Source of the DNA: Amoebophrya sp. A120
Lineage: Eukaryota; Protista; Dinoflagellata
Direction: 5' to 3'
Length of the DNA stretch: 64,000 bases
Assembly (NCBI GenBank): GCA_905178155.1
Contig: CAJINV010000003.1
Location: 121,282-185,281 of the forward strand
Shown: positions 1 to 11,093 of the stretch, in pieces
Position numbering within the stretch: the stretch's first letter is position 1
How the letters are laid out: each line of letters opens with the position of its first letter
Notes under the pieces: generated by a model
What the model saw: only the letters and a program-made list of their open reading frames with translations
What the model was told of the DNA's origin: nothing
Database searches by the model: none
Program-made: the position numbers and the translations under genes

Positions 1-628
1 AATACAATGTTGGTCAAGATTCATTCCGACGGAAATGATCGTCGGTAGTGGACCGGCACGCGGCACGAATTATTTTTTGCGAAACTGCAAAGAGATCTAG
101 TTCTAGATCAAGAGTGCGCCTGCAGGTTTTTGCGGTTTATATAAGATTTCAACAACTGATGAGAACACGAAGTACACAGGAATTCCTCGTTTCGCTTAGG
201 GAGGAGCCCTGCTCCTGTTCCCGATGGCGATGAAACACTCAAATTGTCTGGACCTCTGATGCGATGAAAAACCGAGTTTTGTTGTAGAACCTCTTTCTTT
301 GTGCATTGTACAGCTTACGATCATATTTGGAAGCTGCTGCACAAGTGTTAGTCTTTATCAGTTGCACGGGCTTAGAAGATCGTCCGCGCAACATGGCACT
401 AGTACATCACTTCCGAGATGATGAGAACACGAAGTACACAGGAATTCCTCGTTTCGCTTAGAACTTCGGTTCAATGGCGGTGAACACTCAATAATGTCTG
501 GACCTCTGACACGTCGGAAATAGTGGCTCATCTAGTGCATCGTGTAGTTGTATAGCGTGTATGTACGACTACAATATCCTTTTCACAAATGCGACGAAAA
601 CTTTCTCGTCCCGTATAGTCTTCTAAAA

Positions 629-2203
629 ATGGTTCAGGTACTGCAACGACATTCGCAGATTCCGGCGGAGGAGGATGAAAATTTGTTCACAAGATCTTCA
701 AGAATGCACAACGAGGCGGAGGCATGTGGAGGACAACGGGGAGTTTGGACGGCCCGCTCGGTTGCAAGCCTCCTTCGAGCGTTCTGCAAAGCAGGTTCTT
801 CAACAGGTTTACCGAGGCGCACAAACAACTACACTGAACAGGACGAGACTTCTTCTAGAAGCACGACAACCCGCGGAAACAACATCGCCCAAAGGCTTTA
901 TGGAGAGAGGCTTGCAAACATCCTCGCGGCTTCGAAACTGCTCGACCGCGTTTCATGGGAAGACAGTTCATCTGAACTCAGCGTCGCGATTCATGCAATC
1001 GGGAAACTCCCGAGAGGACGAGGTGATTTTGGTGGGAAGCAAGCAGACGAAGCCCCTGGAGGCGCCCTTGACCGCCTACTGGTCAGCCTGTTGCGGAAGT
1101 TTTGCCAGCCATCGCCTCGCGTCGCCTGGGCGGTGCGCGACTGGGCGAATGTAATGGATGCAGTGTCCTTTCGTCTCTCACGACTGATTTTTTTGCCAAA
1201 CAAGCACGTGGAACGAGGACCACAACTACATGTTGATCCTGTAATATCGAAGAGCGGGGACATGAGAGATGAAGCTCCAGAACATCAAGGCCTTCGCCAT
1301 ATTTCTAAGCCCTTCCGAACTTCTGTGCTCCGCTTCATGCAGCTCACACACGAAGCTATAGTCTGTTGCAGTTCGTCATGCCGCGGCAGAAGACCGAGAG
1401 AGCTGGAAGAGGGAAATACTGTGGACCGTAATTCTCCACCTCCTCGCGCTGCGGTAGAACTACCTGGGACCACAGCTGCTTTGGCGGCGCTACACGGTCC
1501 TTGGCAAATTCAGGACTGCATGGCGGGTCTCGTTGGTGTGGGCCGTCTGGAGAATGCGCTGGCGGGGGAAGAGGAGGAAGACAGCAAAGTGAAAATACGC
1601 CGAAAGATAAGAGGACCAGCAGACTACCGCGGCAACGACTTTTCATTTCGCGCGTCGACGAAGCGGCTGGAAGTGTTCGAATGTCTGCTTCAGCGGCTGC
1701 GGTTCCATGTGCACGAGTTGAAGTTTTCACAGCTGTCGGACGTGTTTGTGGCGGCCGGAAAGCTCCGCGCGCGTTCTGTGCCTGTCGTCGAGTGTTTGTA
1801 TAAGCAGTTCTTGCCACGCGTGGAGGAACAGGTGTTGGCGGCCGTTTCAAGCGGCGCGCCGAGGTCTTCGTGTGACGTGGAAACGTGGAAGTGCGCCGTG
1901 GTGAACCTGCTCTCTGCGCTGTCCAAGTTGCGCCACGACGAGTCAAAACTCGCAGTACCTCAGCACCGTGGGAACAAAAAGGGTGTAATTTCGAGCTGGT
2001 CTGCGTCGCAGGGCGTGGCGCGGTTGCTTGTTACGGCCTGCTTGAAGACAACGTCACGGAACCACGGGAAGGGTCGTCCAGGAGCAGGGTTGCTAAAGCT
2101 ATCCCGGGCGGATCGCGAGCAGATTCGTAAGTCCTGTATGAGATTGGGACTGCTCACCGCTAAGACGGCGCCTTGCGTTTCATTGGAAGACCTTACTTGC
2201 TAA
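629..2203 (+). CDS. Uncharacterised protein with OPR/HPR/FASTK-like helical repeat motifs
   Basis: Single long ORF (first ATG 629). Recurrent motifs SVASLLRAFCKAG, ELSVAIHAIGKL, QLSDVFVAAGKLR, VVNLLSALSKLR resemble octotrico/heptatricopeptide repeats. Family call is inference. Confidence 0.5.
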   Translation: MVQVLQRHSQIPAEEDENLFTRSSRMHNEAEACGGQRGVWTARSVASLLRAFCKAGSSTGLPRRTNNYTEQDETSSRSTTTRGNNIAQRLYGERLANILAASKLLDRVSWEDSSSELSVAIHAIGKLPRGRGDFGGKQADEAPGGALDRLLVSLLRKFCQPSPRVAWAVRDWANVMDAVSFRLSRLIFLPNKHVERGPQLHVDPVISKSGDMRDEAPEHQGLRHISKPFRTSVLRFMQLTHEAIVCCSSSCRGRRPRELEEGNTVDRNSPPPRAAVELPGTTAALAALHGPWQIQDCMAGLVGVGRLENALAGEEEEDSKVKIRRKIRGPADYRGNDFSFRASTKRLEVFECLLQRLRFHVHELKFSQLSDVFVAAGKLRARSVPVVECLYKQFLPRVEEQVLAAVSSGAPRSSCDVETWKCAVVNLLSALSKLRHDESKLAVPQHRGNKKGVISSWSASQGVARLLVTACLKTTSRNHGKGRPGAGLLKLSRADREQIRKSCMRLGLLTAKTAPCVSLEDLTC

Positions 2204-2836
2204 ACGCGTCGTTGTACAGCATCAAGAAAGTAGAATTATTGAAAAATCAGGTGAGCAACATCCCGGACGGTAAACTTCAAAACTATGTGTAGCTATGTGT
2301 AGTGACTCAACTGAGATGTTGCGAGACGCATTTTCAAATCGTGTTCCGCTGAGTCGCAGAAATGGTTGGCATGTATGTTGGTGTGCAGCTGCGGACAAAC
2401 GAACAAAAGTTGAAAACAGAGTCAACTCTGCGCCAAGTAGGGCCAGGGCTAGCCGCAGTTGTGTAAGTACCCGAGTAGAGCGAGGGATGAATGTCCATTG
2501 CCTGCTGTGACAAGCTGAACGAATGACATGAGAGAGTCTGTAGCTGTAGTTTCAGTGTCCCGTCGGAAGAAACTTAGCACCCTGCAAGCGACAGTTGTGA
2601 ATGTATTCTCGCACCACGCTCCGCTCGTAGTGTGAGAGATATGGAATTTTTCCTACTAGTATGATTCACGGACAACTTCAACTTAGAAACGCACTAGGGT
2701 CAGATACAACGATCACGATGCCCACGTCCTCGTACATGAAGCAGCTTGCTGCTTTCGCGTTCCGTCTTCCTTATTTTGCAACCTGTTGCTTTGCTCCGGT
2801 GTAGTAGGACGTCTCTCTTCGAGGACCAGCTCCAAC

Positions 2837-5800
2837 ATGGACTACAATACGACATCTGACGGGCAGCTGCGGGAGCACCTGATACGGCGCGAAGACCTTT
2901 CCGACGCGGGGTACGAGCAGGAAGGTGGAACAAGTACTAGGCGAGTAGAACAGTCTTCGCGGAACAACACGCGCCCGAAAAAAAACCGCCGGGAGAAGAA
3001 CAACCGGGATCCGTACGTGAACACCTACCCTCGCGACGAGTACGACGACGGGACTGCGGGCCGGAGCGAGTACGATCGCCAGCATTACCAGGACAACATC
3101 CCCGCTGGCCGTGAGCGGGGAGTTGACGTGGAGTACGACAGTTACCAATACGAGGATGGCTATGGTGCCTCCGGTGCGCGGGACCGCGACGACCGCCTCA
3201 CGGAGAACAACCGAGCGCGGAGAGGCGGACACAAGCGGCGGCGGGACCGAAATAGGGAGCGCGGCGGTGCGGGGGGCGTAGACCACAACAACCGGTCATA
3301 CCACCGCAACGGCGACCGGTATAATTCGGACGGGTATATTCACGATCACTCCGGCCGGGACCGATACAATACTTCAGACGCGGACCACCACGACAGCGGT
3401 ACCGATTATTCGAACAGCGGGAGTGACTACGGCGATGAGGAGGACGACGAGGAGAGTCAGACCCCGCAGCGCAGCAACCGCCGGCGGAACCGCGGTCGGA
3501 GAAAAAAGATCATGGAGAGCCCCGATCACGCGGACGAGGACCACAAAATCCGCCACGAGTACAGTGTCATCCAGGACCACCGGGGCGGCGGCCACGATGA
3601 AGAGTGGGAGGCCGAGGAAAAGGACCGTGGCAGCGGGCTGGATAGCGGGGGTGGTCTTCACGACCACTGCGAGGACGACGGCGAGCAGGACCCCCGCGGG
3701 CGGCGCGACGACTCCTCCTACAGTCGGGGCGAGTACCACGACGGGTCCCTTGGGGGCCATCAGGGCCCCTACGACCAGGGCGCCGCTGCGGACCTGGCGT
3801 TGCGCCGAGATCGGAGCCTGTCGAGTAACACCAGCCTCGGCGAAAGGATGAACAACTTCGGGACCACGACGTCGATTAACCCGCCCGGCGCACCCGGCGG
3901 CGGAGGAGGATACCAGCCTCCGGTGCTCACTGGTATGCACGAGTCTGGATTTTTATGGAATAATGCAAAAAAAAACAGCAAACAGCCGTGTATTCTTTTG
4001 GATCAACATCATCCTTTAAAAATAGAGGACTTCTGCGGGGCACAACCTGGTGCACCGTCTAAGTCTCGCCTACAAGACGTTTGGAGTGTGTAGCCGCGGC
4101 TTGCACAAGAAGCTGTGTTTCGATTCTTTCTGCTTTTCCTGCATGTAAAGATCGGTGTTGATCGTGAAAATACGGATTTGCAGCTGCATTGGAATTTCCA
4201 ATTCCATATCGCCAACTTGTTGGGCTTGGTGGACGGCGAAGTCCCAACAGTTCCAGCAGCCCGAAGAGCCCGAAGACGACGCCCCCCTTCCCGTCGCTCG
4301 GCTCGCCGCACGGGGGGGTTGCCGGGGGTCCCGGAGTGCTGCAGCTGTTTCAGACCGCTTCCTCCTCCAGCACGACGGCAGGGAACCCGAATCTCCCGCG
4401 CGCCGACAGCTCCCAGTTGCCCCGCGCCGGCAGTACTTTGTCGAAGGCCACGCCGAGCGATCACAGTTTGAACCTCCAGCAAGGCGGCGGATCCACTTCC
4501 ACCGCGGCGTTGCATCAGAATCGAGGAGCAGGTCCACCTAATTTGGAAGAACGAGGGGTTCAGCTGCTCGGAAGTGAAACTAGTGGTAAAATGCTGGATG
4601 TTGACGATCAGCTACAACGGCAGTCGTTAAATAACCCGCAACATCAAATGATGGGAGACCACGCACACGACTACCAGCAGCGCGACGCCTCAAGCAGCCA
4701 CGAGCGGTCCGGAATAATGACGGCGTCAAGTGGCAAGAGCAGCCACGAGCGTGTCGCCGGCGGCGCGAACGCGTACAACAACGCCGGCACAACTAGCGGG
4801 ACCACCGCGCAGCTCCCTGGCAGCACGTCGTCCTTCCCGCTGCGGGCGGGCAGCCTGCCCGTGGGCGCCACGGCCACCCTGTTCGGGCTGGAGCGCGGAA
4901 CCACCACCAGCGGGACCCCCGTGCAGTTGCACAGCCTGCACCCGCGCACGCCGGCGCAAACAGCGGTTTTCATCAACGACGGCACGGGGCTGCTCGCCGC
5001 GCCGCGCGTGCAGCAGCCGCGCCGCGGCACGGACTTCACGCTGGGAAACAAGAAGCTGACGACACGGTTGATGAAAGAGAGCATGCTGATATGCATTGCA
5101 AAAGTATCGTACTAGTACGAATCGCATATACAAATTTGCTCAACATGACAAATGAAATTTGTCGTGCTAAATTACCTAAGAAACCAGACTTGTCATGCTA
5201 GTCTGGCACTTAGACTTATACCAGTAGCAGTGCGATACTTTAGACTGGATAGCTGAACGACCGCAGCAACATCGCCGCCAGCATGGCCATGCGCAAGAAG
5301 AAGCAGCTGCGGCTATCGAAAAGAAAAATCCCCCCTCCCCATATCAAAGCGGAAATCTGTGATGCTGGATTTGCGTACACAAATCAGATTTGTCTTGCTG
5401 ACGGGGACGGCAGGCCTACATCAAGCCTGAGTAGAGAGGTTTTGGCCTAGGCGCTTAGCATGAGAAACGTCTGCGCTTAGGCCAAACCGCATCACAAATC
5501 GCCTCCATAGTGCGGCGGAGCCTGTGGAATTGCCTTCTTGCAAGACAGAGATGATTTGTGGTCGCAAATCAGCATTGCAAATTTTCTGCGACGTACCTTT
5601 TCGATATGGGGAGGGGGGATTTTTCCTTACGATAGCGGCAGCGCCGCCGGGAGCAGAGCCAGGGGCTGGTGCACGCTTTTTGTATCTGCGAGTCCATCGA
5701 CCTGGACTCCCTGAATACGGAGTGGAACGCGTTAGATGTGGAGAACGGGCAGGACGTACTGAACCCAATGGACGACAAATACATCGAGCTTGATTCCGCC

Positions 5801-8800
5801 AGAAATTTCGTTTCTCCCGACGCTCTTGTCTCGGTCGATTCGCAGGTACTAACGATATTAGCTCTGGAGGGCGGGGAGGGGTGGTGTTCATCTTTTTTCG
5901 AGTTACCGTTCTTGCAAAGCCGAGCAAGTAGTGCTAGTGTTTGATGTTTCAAGAAAGCGTCATGGAAATGAAAATATGAAACAAAGTGTTTCTTTCTGGA
6001 GAAGAAGGAAACCTTTCGACGTCTCCGTGTGTGCGAGCTGGAGGGGTGATGTTTTAATATACCGGAGAAAATCTAACTAAAAAAATAGGTGACCGCAATG
6101 AAGGTGCTCGGGGGGCATGACTGCTTGGTGTTTCGCTTTGGCACGGTTGTCACATGGGGCATCACCGAGGACCAGACCCGAGAAATCTGCCACTTCCTGC
6201 GGCCCTTTTCCTTTTCCGCCCTGCCGGAGTGGGAGCAGGATGACATGTTCTTCATCGAGGAGCGCGGCGCGCCCGGGAGTGGTAACTGAAAGTAGTGTCT
6301 TCATGGCTCTGTGTTCGAATATTCTGTTTTGTTCTTTGAGAGTGAGACTAGACTTGTTCGGATAAAAAGTTGGAATGTATCAATCCGCGAATGGAGCAGG
6401 AGCTGCAGTTTGTGGTCCACATAAATAATTCATGCCCTTTACTGAACACAGGTTACGTTGCAAAAGACCGCATCACGCTGGCGACCAAGAACGTCTTCGA
6501 GCGGCTTGCATACAGCTACGCGTTTGGGCAGTCCGTCAAGCTGTCGGTCTTCGAGGAGTCCGTGGAGGGTTCTATCGAACGCAACAAAACCATACCGGAA
6601 GAAATGATGCGAACGGGGCAGCTTCCATATCAAATGCAAATAGAAATATGTCTGAGTCTGGAAGGTTGCAACTTGTGATGCTGTCTCTGGATTCGAAAAA
6701 AGTCTGTATCGCATGACTAGCAAGAGGAGTCCAGTTTGTGCTACGAGGAGAGGGCGCTTCTCATGCAGACTAGGCATAAAGAAGCCGAAGCCCTCTACAA
6801 ATCTGTCGTGCTAAGCCATGCACTACAGGCATCAGGGGTCATTCAAAATATGCATGGCAACCAGACGTATTTGCAATGCATATTCCAAAACGCATGACCA
6901 ACCAGCGGGTCGCCCAGTACATGGGCGACTTGTTTGTGCAAAGGTACTTACTAACTCTGCTTCCATTCTACGATGACGTACTACTGCACTCAATGATCTT
7001 TGCGTATTGTATGACTGTCAGATTATGATATCAGGACATAGCCATAACACCACTTCGTTTATTTTGAGTCCACAAGAGCAAAACAGGTGTCGCGTAAACT
7101 TGCATTTCGACATTTTGGACACGCCTGACGTATTTTGGGAATTCGACGAATTTGAGGACTGCTATAACAATATGAATTGCAAAAGTATCGTACTAGTATA
7201 AATCGCATGACAAATTTCCTCAGCATGAGAAAGAAAATTTGTAATGCGGATTTAACCTGAGAAAGAAGTTTGTAATGCATGAATGCAATTAGAAGTACGA
7301 GTTCGATACTTTTGCACAGGATAAACAAGTGCCGAAAATACCTCGATCTGTCGAAGCGGGTGAGTATGCACTGCAAATATGTCTGGGTCTGGAAGGATCC
7401 GAACTTGTGATGCAAATTGCGGATCGTACAAAGATTTGTGTTGCATGACTGGCAAGAACAGGTGCTCACTTGCGAAGAACATGCTGAGATGGTATTTCTC
7501 ATGCAGAGTAGGCAACAGCACGAAGGGGCTGCAGAACCTGTTAATATGCTAGGACTCGCATTCCAGATTTGAGGGAGCTAGGAAAAACTGCGCGACAAAT
7601 CTCGCACTCTCCCAGACCCAGACAGATTTGCAGTTCATAGTGCGCATCGTCAACCAGCGCTTGGAAATCATCAAGGAACTCTACGAGATGCTGCACAATG
7701 AGGTATTGGAGAAGTGATCTTTGATCCACCTTTTGTTGGGGTTTAAAATTCTTGTGCTTTTGTTTATTCACTAAGTCGTGTAAAAACTACTCTACTGCAT
7801 CGGGGGTTTCAGTCTGATGTAGTTTTTTGATGTGAGTGATGTCTCTCGTTCGGATCCGAAGATCACGATCGAGACGGGTCACAGTTTGGAGTGGATCGTG
7901 ATTTTGCTGGTTTTCGCCAACGTGCTGGTGGACATTCTCTCCGTGCTGGGTACGATGTATCGCAACCCGTATTACCGACCGCTCATCGTCGACCTCGCGA
8001 GCTGGTTCGGCCTCGATCTGCCCCTGGAGCAGGAGCCGGACGACGGGTTTCACCACGCCGAGGATGTTGCAGACCCAGCGGCACACCTCCACGGTGTTTT
8101 TTTTCTCGAGGACCTCCACCAGCCAGCAGGATGATGATCTCGCTCATCACGACCCATGTGACACCAGCAGGGGAACAAACTTGTTGTGGCCGGAATTTAT
8201 TTCTTCCCAACGAATCCGGAGGAGGCCTTGGTACTACGCAACGGAAGTGGCGGGGAAACGGCAGAGCCGTGGTCAACATCGAGAGCTTTATCCTGAAGAT
8301 GGTACGAGACCAATGCGAAGACCGAGCGCCGGTAGTACGGCCGGAGCGCTGTATGGTGCAAGAAATCGGCATCCTCTAATATTTTCGGAGCGGAGCGACC
8401 ACAAGCAGGATACTGGCCTGGCATCCTCTCTGTAGTTTCGCTGGCTGGCGACGCATTTTTGGCTCGTGCTTCCGGGGAGGTGACGAGGAAACCAGCCAGC
8501 CGGTGGGGCTGCATCCGCGCCGGATAAACAATTTTGACACGACGCCGGATGAGTAACCCCTGGCTCAGCGGATCTACCGGTTCTTTCGGACGCGACCGCC
8601 GAAACTACGTCAAAATTCCGAACGAAGGCCGCATGCACTGGGGATTTGCAATGGTGAATCAGCTGGCGCCCCTGGACCTCCACACAGGTGCATCGAGAAC
8701 AGGACTGGAAAATTGTGCGCGGGAAAAGAAATGATAAGGAAACATCAAAGGAACAGCCGAATGCAAATCTTTACCTGCGTGCACCCCAAAATCGAGAGAT

Positions 8801-9001
8801 AGTTAGAATTTAAAAACTTTTTGCGCTAATAAAACAGCACCATGTTGTACTAGTAAGTACTTTCACTTCATGAATCTTCACACATCAACTACAACGCAGG
8901 TGACGATCAAGAATGAGCACAACTTGGAATGGATCATCATTGTGCTTATCATCCTCGAAGTGGTGTTCGAAGTTCTTGGGCTGTACCTGCAGTCGGAATG
9001 A
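2837..9001 (+). CDS. RMD1/RMND1-like DUF155 family protein, multi-exon, with two candidate last exons (7862-8134 and 8900-9001)
   Basis: Manual splicing (GT-AG introns 3933-4183, 5846-6088, 6282-6451, ~6944-7087 plus five introners) gives VHAFCICESIDL...VFRFGTVVTWG...AYSYAFGQSVKLSVFE...VNLHFDILDTPDVFWE...YLDLSKRVRIVNQRL...LEWIIIVLI, typical of DUF155. Confidence 0.85.
5090..5251. mobile_element. Introner family D
   Basis: tatgcattgcaaaagtatcgtact...agtgcgatactttagactggata; DR gctga/gctga; removal gives ESML|NDRSN in frame. Confidence 0.9.
5314..5634. mobile_element. Introner family B
   Basis: TIR tatcgaaaagaaaaatccccc...gggggatttttccttacgata; DR gcggc/gcggc; removal gives QLR|QRRRE. Confidence 0.92.
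6628..6882. mobile_element. Introner family A
   Basis: tatcaaatgcaaat...tttgcaatgcata; DR ttcca/ttcca; removal gives GQLP|KRMTNQR. Confidence 0.9.
7171..7323. mobile_element. Introner family D
   Basis: tatgaattgcaaaagtatcg...cgatacttttgcacaggata; DR aacaa/aacaa; removal gives DCYN|KCRKYL. Confidence 0.9.
7365..7639. mobile_element. Introner family A
   Basis: tatgcactgcaaatatgtctgggtctgg...ccagacccagacagatttgcagttcata; DR gtgag/gtgcg; removal gives SKRV|RIVNQR. Confidence 0.88.
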
Positions 9002-9761
9002 TGATGATCCTAATCGCGTGCTAGCTGGTCGTGCCCCCGCCCCGTAGAGCCAATCGATTGCGCAGCTGCATCTGATCAACTCGATCATTCGGGATGGGTG
9101 GTCCCACTTAGGAGGAGCTGGCGGCTTTTCCGGCCCGGATTGTCAATGCAACGGCGGCAATTCTTGCGATGGTTGGAACAAGAATACTTCATTTTACATC
9201 GCAGCATTAAGATTGTTTGTTCATCACAACTGACGCAGTTGTTCTTGCAGGAGCTGCTTCTGTGCAAAAGTTTTGACTTTCTGGCCCCTTCAATCAATTT
9301 TTCAACAACTTCTACGCCAAAGCAGGTGTATCGCACACGCGGCCGCGCTGAATGCTTTGTTGATAAAATCATCTTCCACGAGTTGTCTTACTCCGTAGTT
9401 GTATCGGAGAGCCGCACGACAACGGTAATTCTACGAGTGCTTACTAGATCTACTTCGGGTGCAATATTGCAGACAAGAGAAGATGAAAAAGAAACAGGAA
9501 TTATCTACAGCTACAACACCACCTCGCTCACGCGCTTTGGACAGTAAGCGGGTGCTGTTCATCTCTTCTTTGGCGCTGAATGCAAACGCAATATGCTGCG
9601 CATGTCCGTAGTTGTGCAACTACAGCTACGCTCTTGCATTTCGGGCGCAACATGATTCGTATGTTTGTGGTGATTTATTTACTTGTTAGTTCATTGAGGG
9701 ATCATTTTTTTTAACTTTACAAAAGTACACACATTTTATCGTCCTAGCGGAAAAAAAAATT

Positions 9762-10602
9762 ATGCCCACCACCTCGTCGTTGGCGCACAAGTTTCGTTTC
9801 AGTTACATTACTCTGCCGTTGTCGATCGTGCTCGCGGGCGTGTTTGTTTTTTACACATTCCACAAGGCAAAGGAGAGAAAACGGGAGTACGAGGCAGATG
9901 ATCCCGGCGGCAAGCCGGCCCGCCGTAGTTCTAGCAAGTACAATCGGTCGCAGGAACGAAAATCGCCAGAAGCGGAACAACGCAAGACCAAGGCCTTCTT
10001 CTGGACCCTGAAGGAGGGCAAGGGGACGGCGTCCGCTCGGGAAGGGGACCTGATCTCGGTTTATGTGGAGGCTATGGTGGACGCGGACCGGGGCAAAGAG
10101 GTCACCCTGACCGAGCGGCAGAAGCGGCAGTCTTTTCGCATCGGCGGGACCGATCCCGATAGCGCGGAGTGTCGGGCGGGCGGCGCGGAAGCGGGCGAAA
10201 ACACCCTGCAGCTTGGGTAATGAGCAAAAAAAGACGTTGTTTAAGTGAGTTTTTATTTCGACGTTTCGGTTATTTTTCTTCTTGTACAGCACACGAAGGT
10301 AAAGATGAAACGGCTATGTTCATCGTGGGAGTTTGTTTTCCAAAGTTTCCTCGGTTGTCCTTATCGTGTACTTGTTGTGTCATCTTTTTAAATACGGCTG
10401 CCGATTCAACATTTTTTCCAGCTGCGTTTCGAAGGTGCAGGAGGGGCTGCTTGGCGTACGGGTGGGGGAAACGCGCAAGGTGTTGGTGCGACACCACAGC
10501 GGGCGGCACCTTGGGACGGTTCCTCGGGATTCCCCGGCAGTGCTGCGCGTTACCGTGGAGGACCTGACGGATCTCCGAACTCTCGAGGATGATGACCTCT
10601 GA
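9762..10602 (+). CDS. FKBP-type PPIase-like domain protein with N-terminal membrane anchor (2 exons)
   Basis: Exons 9762-10216 and 10422-10602 joined across a GT-AG intron. EGKGTASAREGDLISVYV...SFRIGG...EGLLGVRVGETRKVLV...VPRDSPAVLRVTV follows the FKBP fold pattern. Confidence 0.7.
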
Positions 10603-11093
10603 CGACGTATTCCGACATGACGTGGCCTCGTTTTTGTTCTCTATTTTGCGGCTGAAAATCATTATTCTGCAGCGATGTCCGAGCACAAGCACAAGCTGAT
10701 GGATTCGTCAAGATGAAGACGCTGACTAGAAGGAAGACGAATTTTTCTACTGGAGTAGTAAGAAAGGACCATGTTGTGGTTGCCGCTAGCTTGGAGAACT
10801 CTATGACAGCAACCGTTGCAGCACAGCACTCTGCCGGGACCGACCGGATGGGAAAGTTGTTTTTTCGGCACGCCTGTGTTCCGTTCCGGGAATTTTGCGG
10901 AGACGATTGCGTTGTGAATTTTTTTCATTCTGGCCCGGGTTGGGCTTGTCCGTCACGTAGTGGGTGCTCCTCTGTTTTGTAATTCATGAGTGCAGAAAAA
11001 AAGACGGAGATGATGTGCTAGAAGAGCCCTCATTTCTCTGCTGTATGCCATTGAAGGAGATCCGCCAAGCCGCTTCCCCAAAAAATCTATCTC

